Shown: positions 21,207-33,022, counted from the stretch's first letter. The stretch is 64,000 nucleotides of DNA from an uncultured Chthonomonadaceae bacterium (GCA_963835065.1 CAWIEK010000001.1:128001-192000); one strand, 5' to 3'. The notes: generated by a model not told the origin, from the letters alone. Made by a program: numbers and translations.

Positions 21207-22025
21207 ATGAACGTGAAATCTCGTCTTTTCATAGGAAGTTTGTTCGCCTGTGTTTTAACCATTGTCGCGTTGCTGACCGTCCGGGCTATGTCGTTCGGCG
21301 GCGACAAAGCCAACAACGCCAAAAGCGGCACACCGGCCAACGGTGGAACGCCCGTTATCGTGGAACTGTTTACTTCGGAAGGCTGTTCCAGTTGCCCGTC
21401 TGCGGACAAAGTGATTGCGGATTTGAAGCGGACGCAGCCGATTAAAGGCGCGCGTATTCTCGTCCTGAGCGAGCATGTGGATTACTGGAACAACATCGGC
21501 TGGCGCGACCCGTTTTCCAATTCGGCGTTTACGTCCCGGCAGTACGAGTACGGGCGCAAGTTCCGGCTGGACAGCGTGTACACGCCGCAGGCAATCGTGG
21601 ACGGGCAGGCGGAAATGGTCGGCAGCGAGCGCGACAATCTGGAATCGGCGATTGCCAAATCCACGCGGGGCTACAAGGCCGAAGTCGCCGTAACGCCGGA
21701 GCCGAACGCCCCTGACAAGGTGCATGTCACGGTCACGCGCCCATCCATGAGCGACGCGGACGTGATGCTGGCAGTCACGGAAGACAATCTGACCAGCAAT
21801 GTGGCGCGGGGCGAGAATTCCGGGCGCAAACTGTCGCATGTCGGCGTGGTGCGCGAACTACGCAAGATCGGCAGCATTACGGGGAAGGAAACGTTCACAA
21901 CAACGGCGACTTTGGAACTGGAAAAAGGCTGGAAAAAGGCCGATCTGGAAGCGGTTGTGTTCGTGCAGGAGCGCGGCAGCAAACGGATTGTGGGCGCGAA
22001 TACGCTGAAGTTGGCGGCAGAGTAA
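21207..22025 (+). CDS. DUF1223 thioredoxin-like exported protein
   Basis: VELFTSEGCSSCP, HVDYWN, YTPQ, RGENSGR motifs; signal peptide. Confidence 0.9.
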   Translation: MNVKSRLFIGSLFACVLTIVALLTVRAMSFGGDKANNAKSGTPANGGTPVIVELFTSEGCSSCPSADKVIADLKRTQPIKGARILVLSEHVDYWNNIGWRDPFSNSAFTSRQYEYGRKFRLDSVYTPQAIVDGQAEMVGSERDNLESAIAKSTRGYKAEVAVTPEPNAPDKVHVTVTRPSMSDADVMLAVTEDNLTSNVARGENSGRKLSHVGVVRELRKIGSITGKETFTTTATLELEKGWKKADLEAVVFVQERGSKRIVGANTLKLAAE

Positions 22026-22221
22026 CGAGGAGAAAATCAGCCGCAAATACACGCGAATGGACGCAAATGGCAGGCAGGGATTTGACAGCAGCGAGGCGCG
22101 CGTTGTGCTTTGCCGGTTGATTTTTGATGGAAGCGTGAATTAAGGGAACATCCGGTCTGCGCGTCGCGTCACGCACATACCAATTCCAACTCGTGATGGT
22201 TCGGATAAGGGGAGCAAACGC

Positions 22222-22287
22222 ATGACCGTATTGATACCCGTGATATTGGTGGCAATCGCCTACTTCGACAGCAAATCCTGGCTGTAA
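22222..22287 (+). CDS. Putative 21-aa hydrophobic small peptide (MTVLIPVILVAIAYFDSKSWL)
   Basis: AAGGGGAG RBS 7 nt upstream; TTGACA at about 22082; strong hairpin downstream. Confidence 0.5.
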   Translation: MTVLIPVILVAIAYFDSKSWL

Positions 22288-22357
22288 GCCAAAATTTGCG
22301 TTCATCATCTCTTCAGCAGTTCACACTGCTTTGACAACAAAGTCCTCCTGATGGGAC

Positions 22358-22400
22358 GAGCGCCCTCTTCATAGTTTAGCTATGAAGAGGGCGCTCTTTA
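22358..22400 (+). terminator. Strong hairpin / terminator
   Basis: GAGCGCCCTCTTCATAG-loop-CTATGAAGAGGGCGCTC followed by TTTA. Confidence 0.8.
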
Positions 22401-22583
22401 TTCAGGGCGTAGGACCGGGGCGCAGCAGGGTTTACGGAGCCGTTTCGGGCGTGGCTTACGCGCTCCCACCACTGCCGCAACAACGTTCGCCTGAGAGTCT
22501 CCCAACAAATTTGGGATGGTGTCCGTAGGACACTTGCGCTTTCCTGCCAATCCTTTAATCCTGTAAATCATGGTTCAAGGCAA

Positions 22584-25392
22584 TTACGGCGTGGTGAACT
22601 CGTATTTGCCGCTGCCGACGGCATAGACGGCGTAACCCGGTTCGCGGCGCAGAAATTTAACGCCTTCCGCCTGCGCCGCGGGTTTGCCGCTCTCGTGACA
22701 TTCGGCGTTGTCGGCGGTTGGAACGTACACGGTTGCCGTTGTATTGGCGGGGATTTCGACGGACAGATGCAGGCGGTGGTTTACCATGCGCCAATCGCTT
22801 ATGATCTGGCCTGCGGCGGTTTGCAATTGCGCTTTGGCGCTTGTCAGGCCGCCAACAATATGCGGATGGATACGGATAGCTGTGAAACCGGGCGCATCCG
22901 GCTGAATTCCCGCCAGCGTTTCCACGAACCACGCGCTGATGTCGCCAAACATAATGTGGTTGCGCGAGTCGGTTCCGCCCCAGCTTTCCCACAGCGTCGT
23001 GCCGCCCTGCTCCAGCCACCAGCCCCAACCCGGCTTGTCCTTTTGCGCGGCGATGCGGTACGCCACATCCGCGCGCCCGCCGTCCGTGAGGGCATGAAAG
23101 ATGTACTTTGCGCCCAAAATACCGGTGTCAATGTGCCCGTTGCGCTTTTCCACCGCCGCCACGAGGGAACCCAAAACCCCTTCCTTATCCGGCGGTTCCA
23201 CCAATCCCTGATACAGCGCGCAGCTTAACGCCGTCTGGCTGCCGTTCGCAATTGTAGCCGTATCGGCGTGGTAGAAACGGGCGTTGAACGCGAATTTGAT
23301 TTGCGAGGCCAATTCTTTGAACTTCCACGCTTCCTCGCTTTTGCCCAACAGGGTTGCGATTTCGGCAACAATCACGGTATCCCGATAATAGTAGCCCGTC
23401 GAGGTCACTTCTACGGGCGTTTCCGTTTCGTAGGGAACCCAGTCGCCAAGCCCGATGGACACGCGGTAGTTCGGGGCCTTTGTAACCAGATAATAGAGGT
23501 ACTGCTTCATGCCCTCGTAATGCTGTTCCAGAATACGTTTGTCGCCTGAATACAGATAGCAGTACCAGGGAATCAGCACGAACGCGCTGTCCCACGCGGG
23601 GCCGTTGCCCCACTCGTACCCCCACCCACTGCTCGGCACAATGCCGGGCAGTTCACCCGTCGGACGCTGCTCGTCGTTGAGGTCGTTGGCCCATTTCGCA
23701 TACACGCCCCCACTGTCGAAAGCCAGCAGCCCGAACTCCGCCGCCAGGTGCGCGTCGCCCGTCCAGCCGTTTTTTTCGCGGTGCGGGCAGTCGGTCGGAA
23801 TGCTTTGCAGGTTGCTCAGGTACGACAGGCGCGTGGCCTGCCAGATGCGGTTGAGCAGGGGATTGGAGCAGGCAAAATCGGCGCGGGGCGCAACATCCGA
23901 ATGGAGGAACAGGCCGCGCAGGGTGTCCAGAGTCGGCTTGCCGGGAAAGCCGGTCATTTCCACGTACTGAAAGCCGTGATAGCAGAACTGCGCATGCCAG
24001 GTTTCCTCGCCTGCGCCCTTGCAGATGTACTCGTCCGTTTGAAAGCGCTGCGGCGGCTCGGCCTTGACTAAATGCTGCGCGAGGTGGGTTTGATCCAGCG
24101 TCCCGTCCGAGTGCAGACGCTCGCCGTAGCGCAGGGTGATTTTGGTTCCCGCCGGAGCGGACGCGCGCAGTTCCGCCCATCCCGCAAAATTCTGGCCCAT
24201 GTCGAACAGCCATACGCCGGGTTTCGGCTCAGTCACGTTGACAGGCTTGATAACGGTTTTCACGCGGATCGGCGGGCAGATTTGCGCTGTCAATTGCCCG
24301 CCGGGTGGAGAAACGATTTTTACCGGACTCCATCGGCTGTCATCGTAACCAGCCGTGTCCCAACCAGGCAGTTCCAGCCGCGCGTCATAACTCTGCCCGC
24401 CATAAATGCTGTCGTACACAATCGGGCCGGTCGTTGTTTTCCAGGTTTCGTCCGTGACAATGTTTTCGGTTGTGCCGTCCGCGTATTCGACGCGCAGTTC
24501 CAGCAAGGCTTTGGGCGCAGCCCGCCAGGGCGCGCGGTCAAAGTACCACACGGCGCGGGTATGCGCGTTCGCCCAACCCGTTCCCAGTGACAATGCCGAC
24601 CGCGTTCTGTCCGGTCTGCAATTGGCGCGTAACATCGTGAGTGACGTACAGGGCGCGGCGGTCATAGCGCGTATAGCCGGGATCAAGAACGTGGTCGCTG
24701 ACCTTCTGCCCGTTCAAATGCAGTTCGTAATAGCCCAGGCCGCAAATAAAGGCCGTTGCCCGTTTCACTTTGCCTTTCAAGGTGAACGCATGACGCAGGT
24801 ATGGCGCGGGCTGATACGCCGTTTCCGCCGCGCGCCCGATCCATTTGCCGTGCCAGTCGTCCGGCTGCAGCAGTCCCATTGTCCAGCGCGCGGCGGGGCT
24901 GTACGTGGAAACCTGATCACTGCCGTCCCATACGCGCACCTTCCACGCGGGGTGCATGGCCGATTGCAGCGGCTTGCCCGCATAGGGAACAAACCGGGTT
25001 TGTGTGGAAATTACCTTGCCGGTATCCCACAAATCGCCCCGGTTTTGCGCAAGGAGCGCCTCACTCGACGCAACCAGAATTTGATACGCGGTTTGTTTCT
25101 GCGCGCGCAGCCCGGATTCCAACTGCCAACTCAGGCGCGGCGCAAGCGTGTCCACGCCTTCAGCTTGATACTCCGTTGGAAGTTCATTGGAATACGCCTT
25201 AAAATGTCCGCTCCTATAGGAATTAGCCTGCTCAACGGAATGTTGCGTGGCTTGATATTCGCAGGCAAGTGCAACGGGTTTCAGGGCAGAGGTTTTCATA
25301 GCAGATGGTTTCACAGCCAATGTTTTCACGGCGGACGAGTTTACCGCAGCCAGTCCCGCCAACAGCAGGCAAAGCAGGGAGACAATCTTCAT
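22584..25392 (-). CDS. Alpha-L-rhamnosidase (GH78), one frameshift near 24590
   Basis: Signal peptide, PRLSW, GLGYYE, DMGQNFAGW, PTDCPHREKNGWTGD, TTLWE.W, NH.MFG. Confidence 0.92.
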
Positions 25393-25446
25393 GCGCGGCG
25401 CTCCTTACAGGCACAAACATCAGAAATCACCGAAAATCAGGCCGTG

Positions 25447-26295
25447 CTACTTTAGCTCGAAGCCCTGCTCCTGAAGCCGTTCGCGCAGCACGTCGCGCCC
25501 GGTCAGCGATTGGGCGGTAGCGACGCGGCGGGCGGAGCGCTGCGTCCAATCGCCCGATGCGCTCATACCCTCTGATTCGTAAAATCGGCGCATCGTCTCC
25601 TCGTAACGCGCCACATCCTCGGCCTGACTATCCAGCGCATAAGTTTCGTGATGCAGGATTGCCGATTGCGGCAGGCGCGGCTTGACCGTTGCCGCTTTTT
25701 CCTCGGCGGGCCAGCCGACCGTCATGCCGAAGAGGGCAAATACGCGGGGCGGCAGTTGCAGCAGGCTTGCCAACTCACGGGGCTTGTTGCGCGCCGCGCC
25801 CACATAGCAAATACCCAAACCCTGCGCTTCGGCGGCAACCGCGATATTCTGCGCGGCAAGGGAAGCGTCAATACTCGCCATAACGAACATTTCCAGATAG
25901 TCCAATCCCGCGCCGGGCAATCCCGCCTGCTCGGAAACCAGCCTTAATCGCGCCAAATCCGCGCAGAAAACCAGAAACAGCGGGGCCTGCCGAATAAATT
26001 CCTGATCGCCGCATAACAATGCCGCTTCCGCTTTGTGCCCCGGTTCCTGCAAGGCGACCATGCTCCACGTTTGCAGGTTGGAAGACGTAGCCGCGCTTTG
26101 CCCCGCGGCGGCCAGCCGTTCCAGCGTACCCGGCGGCAGAAGTTTTGCCTGATACTGCCGCACGGACTTATGCGCCAGCAGGCCAACCAACACTGCGTCC
26201 GCGAACGCGGTTCCTGACTCGTCCCCAACATCCGGCGCGTCTGCCCCGTAACGCTGATGTAGACCTGCTTCCAAATTTGTATCGGCCTTGCCCAT
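25447..26295 (-). CDS. NADPH-dependent nitroreductase / flavin oxidoreductase (NfsA/Frp family)
   Basis: HKSVRQY, ATSSNLQ, QNIAVAAE..GLGICYVG, KPRLP; RBS AAGGGA before ATG 26295. Confidence 0.9.
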   Translation of the reverse strand: MGKADTNLEAGLHQRYGADAPDVGDESGTAFADAVLVGLLAHKSVRQYQAKLLPPGTLERLAAAGQSAATSSNLQTWSMVALQEPGHKAEAALLCGDQEFIRQAPLFLVFCADLARLRLVSEQAGLPGAGLDYLEMFVMASIDASLAAQNIAVAAEAQGLGICYVGAARNKPRELASLLQLPPRVFALFGMTVGWPAEEKAATVKPRLPQSAILHHETYALDSQAEDVARYEETMRRFYESEGMSASGDWTQRSARRVATAQSLTGRDVLRERLQEQGFELK

Positions 26296-26458
26296 TCCGT
26301 AATCCCTTTCCAGCCTTGGGCCGGTATATACCATCTGAAATTCTTTACCGATAGTTAGAACTACGGCCAATTGTCCTGTAAAAACGAGAGAGTGCCGTGT
26401 TTAAGTGGTTTGTCTATTACGGCAGTGTTTCCGCGCGTTTACAGGGGAACGTTTTTGG

Positions 26459-28632
26459 TCACGCTTTCAGCCAGCGGTTCAGCCAGTCAAGGTTACGCTG
26501 CAAGCGATCCAGGCGCAGGTCGGGCGGGCCGGAGCGCGACAGGCCGTGCGAGGCTTCGCCGGGATAGCGGACATACTCCACAACCTTGCGCTGATGCCGC
26601 AAAGCCGAAAACAACTGTTCCGCCTGTTCCGCCGGGCAGCGCAGGTCGCCGTCGTAATGGATGAGCAGGAGGGGCGTCACGATATTGCCCGCATAGGCAA
26701 GCGGCGAACACTTCCACAACTGCGCGGGGTCGCTCCAGCCGTTCCCTTTGAAGGGATGGTCGGGACGCCAGGGAAAGTCACAGGTTCCGCTCATGCTTTG
26801 CAGGTTGGCAACCAGTCGGTCGGCGATAGCGCAGTGAAACCGATTGGTATGCCCGATTGCCCAGGCGGTCATATAACCCCCATACGAGCCTCCCATGATC
26901 GCGGTTCGGCCCGCGTCTACAAAGTCCAGGCTACACGCCCAATCCGTCGCGGCCATAATATCGTCGTAATCCACGCTCCCCCAGTTGCCCGCAATGGCTT
27001 TGGTGTGCGCTTCGCCGTACCCCTTGCTGCCGCGCGGGTTTGTGTACAGCACGACGTACCCCTGCGCGGCCAGCCATTGCAGTTCGTGATGGAACGTGTT
27101 GCCGTATTGCAGGTGCGGCCCGCCATGCACGTACACGACGAGCGGGTATTTTGCCCCGGCTTGCCTGTAGTCGTAGGCGGGTTTCAGCAGCCAGCCAAAA
27201 ACTTTCCCGCCGCTGCCATTGTCTACACCAATTTCATTGCTGCCATTGATCCTGCCAATCGGCTGTGGGTTGGCAACCCGAACATCCGCAAGAAAATCGG
27301 CATTGAAGGCATGCAGCGGCTTCCAAAAGGAAATCTGTTCCGCTTCATCGGTCAGGCAGTACAATTCATGTGGGACCGTCGCGCTTGCCATTGTGACAAC
27401 CAGCCGTTTTTCGCCTCCTGTGGCGCTGAAAGAGCCTATTTCATGTAACGGAGCTGTCCGTTGCAAGAGAGTTCCGTTCGTCACATTCGCCCTGTAAACA
27501 AGCGTATCTCCCTGTTCGCTGACAACGAAATATAAGCCGTTGCTGTCTGCCGTCCATTGCAGCATGTCGCCCGCGCCCACTTCATGCGCGTCGGAATTGG
27601 TCAGCCAGCCAACGCTTTTGTCCGTATATCCGGTCAAGTCCCGCGCTGTCTCACCCCCACTTGCAGGCAGAATATAAACGCGCTCATTGGCGGAGTGCCA
27701 TGTATCCAGCGGGTCGGGCAGGCCGACATACGCGAACGATTTTCCATCCGGCGACCACGCCAGCGAACTTTTTGCCCCCGCCGGCGACGGAATAAGAACC
27801 AACGGATGCTCCACGCTGTTTTGCGGCGATTGCGGCTCCTCCCCTGCCGATTGCGATTTGTCCGGGATCGCCTTCGCGCCGTTATGCCTGCGTTCGCGCC
27901 TTCCTCTGCCGCAAACACATCCTGCGCGGCGATTGTCCAGATGTCGTCCTGGGCGGGCGCGATGTCGCCATCCTCGCGGCGGTCACTTAAAAAGGCAAGC
28001 GTTCGGCTGTCGGGCGACCATGTGGGCAAATCACAATGGTAGGGGCCGGTTGTCAACTGCCGGGCTTCGCCCGTTTTCGCGTCCGCAAGCCAGACCTGAA
28101 AATACTCGTCATCGAAATAGCCCATGCCGTCCAGCCGATAAAACAGGCGCGAATGATGCCGTACCGGTGACGACAACTCTTTTTTCTTCCGCTCCTCCGC
28201 CGCGTCCTTGCGAAACGCGGCGGGAGTGGCCCGAAACGTGAACGCGATCTTAGTGCCGTCCGGCGACCAGCGAAACCCGCCGATACCGCCTTCCGTTTCC
28301 AAATGCGTCAGCGCCCGCGCCTCGCCGCCATCTGAAGGCAAAAGGTATATCTGGCTTTTGGGCTTCTGCCGATCCGACAGAAACGCCAATTGTTTGCCGT
28401 CCGGCGACCAGCGCGGATGAAAAGCGCTGCTGTCCTCCCCGGTAAACGGACGGGCTTCCCCGCCTGCCTGCTCCGGGTTGGTTGGCACGACCCAGATTTG
28501 CGACAGATACTTGTTTTTCTCGCGCTCGATGCGCTTTACCACGCAGGCGACCCGTTCGCCACCCGGCGTAATCTGCGGATCGCTGACAAGGCGCAAGTTC
28601 ATAAAATCATCTATGGCTATGGGACGGGGCAT
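26459..28632 (-). CDS. S9-family peptidase with beta-propeller, one frameshift near 27870
   Basis: WSPDG repeats; VHGGP, GGSYGG nucleophile, DLRC and SHG triad motifs. Confidence 0.92.
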
Positions 28633-28782
28633 GAGTACCTCACTGGTGATTGGTGGCTGGTGGTTGGTGATTGGAGTGATTTCGCTATGACAGGCGTAAA
28701 TCCCTTCCTGCGCCGGGATTTTCAATCCTCGGAACCCCGTTCTACAAACCTCATTCGCGTTCACTGCCTGGCCGGAGCGTAA

Positions 28783-28875
28783 GAGCCTATCCCAATTGGC
28801 CGGGGCTTTGCAATACCCGGCAGGAAAGTGCAAGCGTCTTTCAGACGCAAGGACAAGCTCTATCGGGATAGGCTC
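28783..28875. mobile_element. MITE family A, copy 1
   Basis: Terminal inverted repeats GAGCCTATCCC...GGGATAGGCTC flanked by TAA on both sides; core shared with about 35839-35931. Confidence 0.7.
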
Positions 28876-28878
28876 TAA

Positions 28879-28957
28879 GGGTCTGTAAATCTATAACTTC
28901 CCGGAGGGCACAACATGTTGTGCCCCTACATTCGGGAACTTATACTTTTACGAACCC
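28879..28957. mobile_element. MITE family B, copy 1, containing a GTAG-type REP palindrome
   Basis: About 24-bp imperfect TIRs GGGTCTGTAAATCTATAACTTCCC / GGGAACTTATACTTTTACGAACCC; TAA flanks; GTAGGGGCACAACATGTTGTGCCC on the minus strand. Confidence 0.75.
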
Positions 28958-28965
28958 TAAGGCGC

Positions 28966-29778
28966 TTACGCGGGCTTTACCCCACTGAAGATCATTTGCG
29001 GCGAGGAGGGGGCAAGGGGCCGGCCTCGATAATCTCCGTACACCGTTTCCACCGTAAAGCCCGTGTGCCGGTACAGCAGATGTATCTCCTGGGGATAGTA
29101 GACATGGCTTTCAAAGTCGCTGACGGAGCGTTCCGGCGGCGCGTTCCCCACGTACTTGTCGTAAAGGAAGCGGATACGCGCCTTCTGTTCATGGGCGAGG
29201 TAGCGCGTGGTTTTGTAGCGGATCAGACGGGTGCGGGTTTCCGCGTCAAAGGTATCCAGATCAATCTCGACTAATTCGCGCGGGGGCGAGCGCAGCGAAT
29301 CGGCGTAACTGCTCAGATCAGCCATCGTAACATCCACCACGAAGCGCCCGCCCGGGCCCAGGTTGTCGCCGGCGCAATTCCAGGCGGCGAGCTGATCGTC
29401 AAGCGTCAGGAGGTGGCAGACGGAAGAGCAGGGGGTGACGATCACATCAAAAGGCTGTTCGGCTTTCCAGTCGCGCATATCCCCTTCTACCAGGCGCAGG
29501 CGTTCGCGGACGTCAGGTTCGGCTTCTTCCTGCCGCTTTTGCGCCGCTTGCAGCATTTCGGGAACCAGTTCCAGTCCCACCACCTCAAAGCCATGCGCCG
29601 CGCCCGCCTGCGCCAACGGCAGGGTGACGCGCCCGTTGCCACAGGCGAGTTCCAGTACGCGCTTTGGCTGCAGCCGGGTAACAAGGGACACGAAGAAGTC
29701 AATATCGTCGGTATCTCCCACATGCTCCAGGTCGTAATCCTGCGGGCGCTGGTAAATCGCTTCGGGTAATTCGGCCAT
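28966..29778 (-). CDS. Class I SAM-dependent methyltransferase
   Basis: VLELACGNGR, EGDMRD, L.PGGRFVVD. Confidence 0.9.
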   Translation of the reverse strand: MAELPEAIYQRPQDYDLEHVGDTDDIDFFVSLVTRLQPKRVLELACGNGRVTLPLAQAGAAHGFEVVGLELVPEMLQAAQKRQEEAEPDVRERLRLVEGDMRDWKAEQPFDVIVTPCSSVCHLLTLDDQLAAWNCAGDNLGPGGRFVVDVTMADLSSYADSLRSPPRELVEIDLDTFDAETRTRLIRYKTTRYLAHEQKARIRFLYDKYVGNAPPERSVSDFESHVYYPQEIHLLYRHTGFTVETVYGDYRGRPLAPSSPQMIFSGVKPA

Positions 29779-29815
29779 AAAATTTCTTCTTTCTATTTGT
29801 CTATCCTGAAAATGC

Positions 29816-29846
29816 CGGTGTTCGGTGTTCGGTGTTCGGTGTTCGG
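29816..29846. repeat. 7-bp tandem repeat (CGGTGTT)n
   Basis: cggtgttcggtgttcggtgttcggtgttcgg. Confidence 0.85.
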
Positions 29847-30000
29847 ACAATTCGGCATGTTCATGCTTCAAGGTGAGCGTCGTTCATGCGGACTGTGTAG
29901 TTCATGCGGGCTGTTCAGAAACGTTCTGCCATGTGTACGGGTAGAAGGGAGTAGGGATTACAGAATCATGAATTTTAGAGAAAGGTACACACACTCCGAT

Positions 30001-31164
30001 ATGAACAGACGCGAGTTTATGCAGCGCGGCGCGGCTCTGAGCGCCGTGTCGCTTGCCCACGCCACAGCAGCAGCCTCCTCCCCTCCGAACGCGCAAGTTT
30101 CGGTGGCAAACGCAGATAGGGAAAAAGGGGCGCATAAGTGGCGCGGCGTCAATCTGGGCAGTTGGCTGGTGCTGGAAAAATGGATCACGCCCGGCGTTTT
30201 TGCCGATACTTCCGCTTCGGACGAATATACGCTGTGCCAGGCGCTGGGCAAGGACAAGGCGACTGCCCGGCTAAAGCGGCATCGGGAAACCTGGATTACG
30301 GCGGAGGACTTCAAATGGCTGGCGGCGCGTGGCCTCAACGCGGTTCGCCTGCCCGTGGGCTACTGGATTTTGGAAGACAACCCTCCCTTTATCAATGGCG
30401 TGGAAACGCTGGATTGGGCGTTTCGGACCGCGAGGGCCAATGGCCTGGGCATCCTGCTGGACCTGCACGGCGCGCCGGGCAGTCAGAACGGCTGGGATCA
30501 CAGCGGCAAATCGGGTACGCTCGGCTGGCCTGCCAGTCCGCAAAACATCGCCCACACCCTGCGCGTGGTGGAAGCCCTGGCCGCTCACTGCAAGACTTAC
30601 AACAACTTTATCGGCTTCGAACTGCTCAACGAGCCGCGCTGGGATGTGCCGCTGGACGTTCTGAAAACGTACTATCAGGACGCCTATGCGCGGGTGCGCA
30701 AGCACGTCGGCAAGGAGCGAACGGCAGTGGTAATCCACGACAGTTTCCGCCCCAACGCCTGGCAGGGCTTTATGCAGGAACCCCGGTACGGCAATGTGTT
30801 GCTGGACACGCATCTGTACCAATGCTATACTGACGATGACAAGAAGCGCGACATTTTCGCCCATCTGGAGATCGCCGGGCTGGAACGCAAGCGGCAGTTG
30901 GACACAATGCAGCAGCAATTGAGCGGGCTGGTGGGCGAATGGTCGTGCGCCCTCGATCCGCAGTCGCTGCGCGGGCGCGGCGGCTTCCCTCTGGATGCGG
31001 CCCTGCGCGCGTATGGCAGCGCGCAGGTGGTCAGTTACGAAACCACGCGCGGCTGGTTCTTCTGGACCTACAAGACTGAAAGCGGCGGCGGCTGGAGCTT
31101 CCGCGACTGCGTGAAACACGGCTGGCTGCCGGACCAGTATGGCAGTTCGCCGCTTGTCCGGTAA
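30001..31164 (+). CDS. GH5 glucan 1,3-beta-glucosidase-like protein with Tat signal
   Basis: MNRREFM; GVNLGSWLVLEKW, RLPVGYW, LNEP, VGEWS. Confidence 0.9.
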   Translation: MNRREFMQRGAALSAVSLAHATAAASSPPNAQVSVANADREKGAHKWRGVNLGSWLVLEKWITPGVFADTSASDEYTLCQALGKDKATARLKRHRETWITAEDFKWLAARGLNAVRLPVGYWILEDNPPFINGVETLDWAFRTARANGLGILLDLHGAPGSQNGWDHSGKSGTLGWPASPQNIAHTLRVVEALAAHCKTYNNFIGFELLNEPRWDVPLDVLKTYYQDAYARVRKHVGKERTAVVIHDSFRPNAWQGFMQEPRYGNVLLDTHLYQCYTDDDKKRDIFAHLEIAGLERKRQLDTMQQQLSGLVGEWSCALDPQSLRGRGGFPLDAALRAYGSAQVVSYETTRGWFFWTYKTESGGGWSFRDCVKHGWLPDQYGSSPLVR

Positions 31165-31461
31165 GCCTGTCCGCCCTGAACAAAAGAAGTGGCGTGGGAA
31201 AGGTTTCAGGTTTCAGGTTTCAGGGTAAGGCTGTCAGCCCCGAACAAATGAAGTAACGTGGCCGGTCATTTGTTTACCGCAAAATGGCGAACAGAGTTGC
31301 CTTACAGGAGGCGGAAAGAGCAACAGGCAGGAACAACACTTCTAAAGATTTAGAACCGGGTACAACCGCGTACAGAGGCAAAACTATATCCCGGCTGCGG
31401 AACAAGCAAAACGTTCGCCGCGTATTCAGGGCAATCTGGTTGTCTGAAGGAGAAGTTGATT

Positions 31462-32369
31462 ATGCCCGCTTTATTGAAGCCTGAGCGCCCGCTTGGCGCA
31501 ACGGGGGTTATGGTTCCGCTTGTGGGTTACGGCACGGCCCCGCTTGGCGAAGACAGTATCACGTCGGAACATGCGCAGCGCTGCCTGAATCTGGCGATTG
31601 ATTTGGGCATCACTTATCTGGACACGTCCCCGGATTACGGCAGTGAACCACACGTCGGGGAAGTAATGAAAACGCGGCGCGACGAGGTGTTTCTGGCGAC
31701 CAAAGTAAACCGCCGCAGCAAGCAGGGCGTGTTGGACGAAGTGAAAAAATCGCTGAGAAAGCTGCAAACCGACCACGTAGATTTAATACAGGTTCATTCG
31801 GTGAGCGCGTGGGCGGATTTGGAGGAAGCCCTGGCCCCGGACGGCGCGATTGCCGGACTGGAGCAGGCCAAAGCGGAAGGATTGGTGCGGTTCATCGGTA
31901 TCACAGGCCATGCCCGCCCGGAACTGCTCGGACACGCCCTGACGCAGTATGCCTTCGATACGGTTCTGGTCGCCTGCGGCATGGTGGACAAACTGATTAC
32001 CAGTCCCGAAACGTTCCTATTGCCCCGCGCCCGTGAAAAGAACGTCGGCGTGATCGCCATGAAAACGCTCGGGCACGGCGAAGTGAAGAACGTTGACCTT
32101 GCATTGCGCTACTCGCTTGGCTTGCCGGCGTGTCGCTGGCGATTGTGGGCATGGACGTGCCCGTACAAATTCAGCAAATCGCGCAAATCGCCGCCGACTT
32201 CAAGCCCCTTGCCGAGGAAGAGGAAGCGCGATTGATTGAGGAAGTGCGCCCCCTGCTGGAAAAGGACGCGGAAGAAAGCCAGAAAGGGCAAAGCAAGCTG
32301 TTCTGGCTGCACGATACAACGGTATCGGGATGGTCGCACCACGACGAACCGCAGCGCGTCCGCTACTGA
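31462..32369 (+). CDS. Aldo/keto reductase, one frameshift near 32125
   Basis: LG.TG..V..VGYG, DTSPDYG, LATK, TDHVDL..VH, IGITGH; C-terminus in the 32130-32369 frame. Confidence 0.88.
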
Positions 32370-32479
32370 AAATATGTAACGGCTGGTGGGTAGGCAATAG
32401 TGCCGACTGGTTGATGTTCCGAGCGATAAAAGGGAGGGAGGCGTCAAGTCTGCCCTCCCTTAATTCATACCTCTGTCCA

Positions 32480-32537
32480 TTGCAAAACACGCGGCAAACG
32501 AGGTATAATGTACAAATGTCGTGTAGTTATAGGAGGG
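32480..32537 (+). promoter_or_regulatory. Sigma70-like promoter and RBS pointing antisense into the PIN toxin gene
   Basis: TTGCAA-N18-TATAAT, then AGGAGG before ATG 32542. Confidence 0.55.
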
Positions 32538-32575
32538 ATTCATGGAGCAGTTCAAAGAGGGTGTCCAACTCGGAT

Positions 32576-33022
32576 CTAAACGTCATTTGGATGCACAGCA
32601 GTCAGGAACGCACTGTAGCGGGTAAAGTCGCGTCCGTTGTAGGTCAGCAGGTTTGCAATGCCGTGCATGTGCAGCGCCGCGGCCAGGCGCGCGTCATAGA
32701 CCTGTACGCCGGACACGCCGTAAGTCACGACAAGTTGCCGCCATTCCGCATGAATTACAGGCACGTCTTCCCAGGTGGGAAACAATTGTTCCAGTCGGCG
32801 CAGTTCGACGTTGGCCTGCGCGGGCGTCAGTCCCAAGCCAGGGCGGTTGCCAACGGGTGGGCGCGTGAGGAAGAACCAAAACTCGACGCTCACCTGCGGC
32901 AGCAGAATGACACGTTCGCGGGACTGAACCAGCCGGTTGGTGGCGCGAACGCACTCGGCGTACTGTGGAAGTTTGGGCTGCATCAGGCCACAAAGAATGT
33001 TGGTGTCTACGCCCCAGGGCAT
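32576..33022 (-). CDS. PIN-domain (VapC-like) toxin
   Basis: VDTNIL, QVSVEF, VYDARLAA, LTYNGRDF. Confidence 0.9.
   Translation of the reverse strand: MPWGVDTNILCGLMQPKLPQYAECVRATNRLVQSRERVILLPQVSVEFWFFLTRPPVGNRPGLGLTPAQANVELRRLEQLFPTWEDVPVIHAEWRQLVVTYGVSGVQVYDARLAAALHMHGIANLLTYNGRDFTRYSAFLTAVHPNDV

Noticed and set aside
22345..22400. Hammerhead ribozyme suggested by CTGATG
   Set aside because: It lacks the CUGAUGA...GAAA core and the three-stem arrangement.
28640..28960. Possible CRISPR array in the repeat-rich intergenic regions (also 35554-36076)
   Set aside because: There are no regularly spaced identical repeats with unique spacers and no cas genes; MITE, REP and short tandem repeats explain them.
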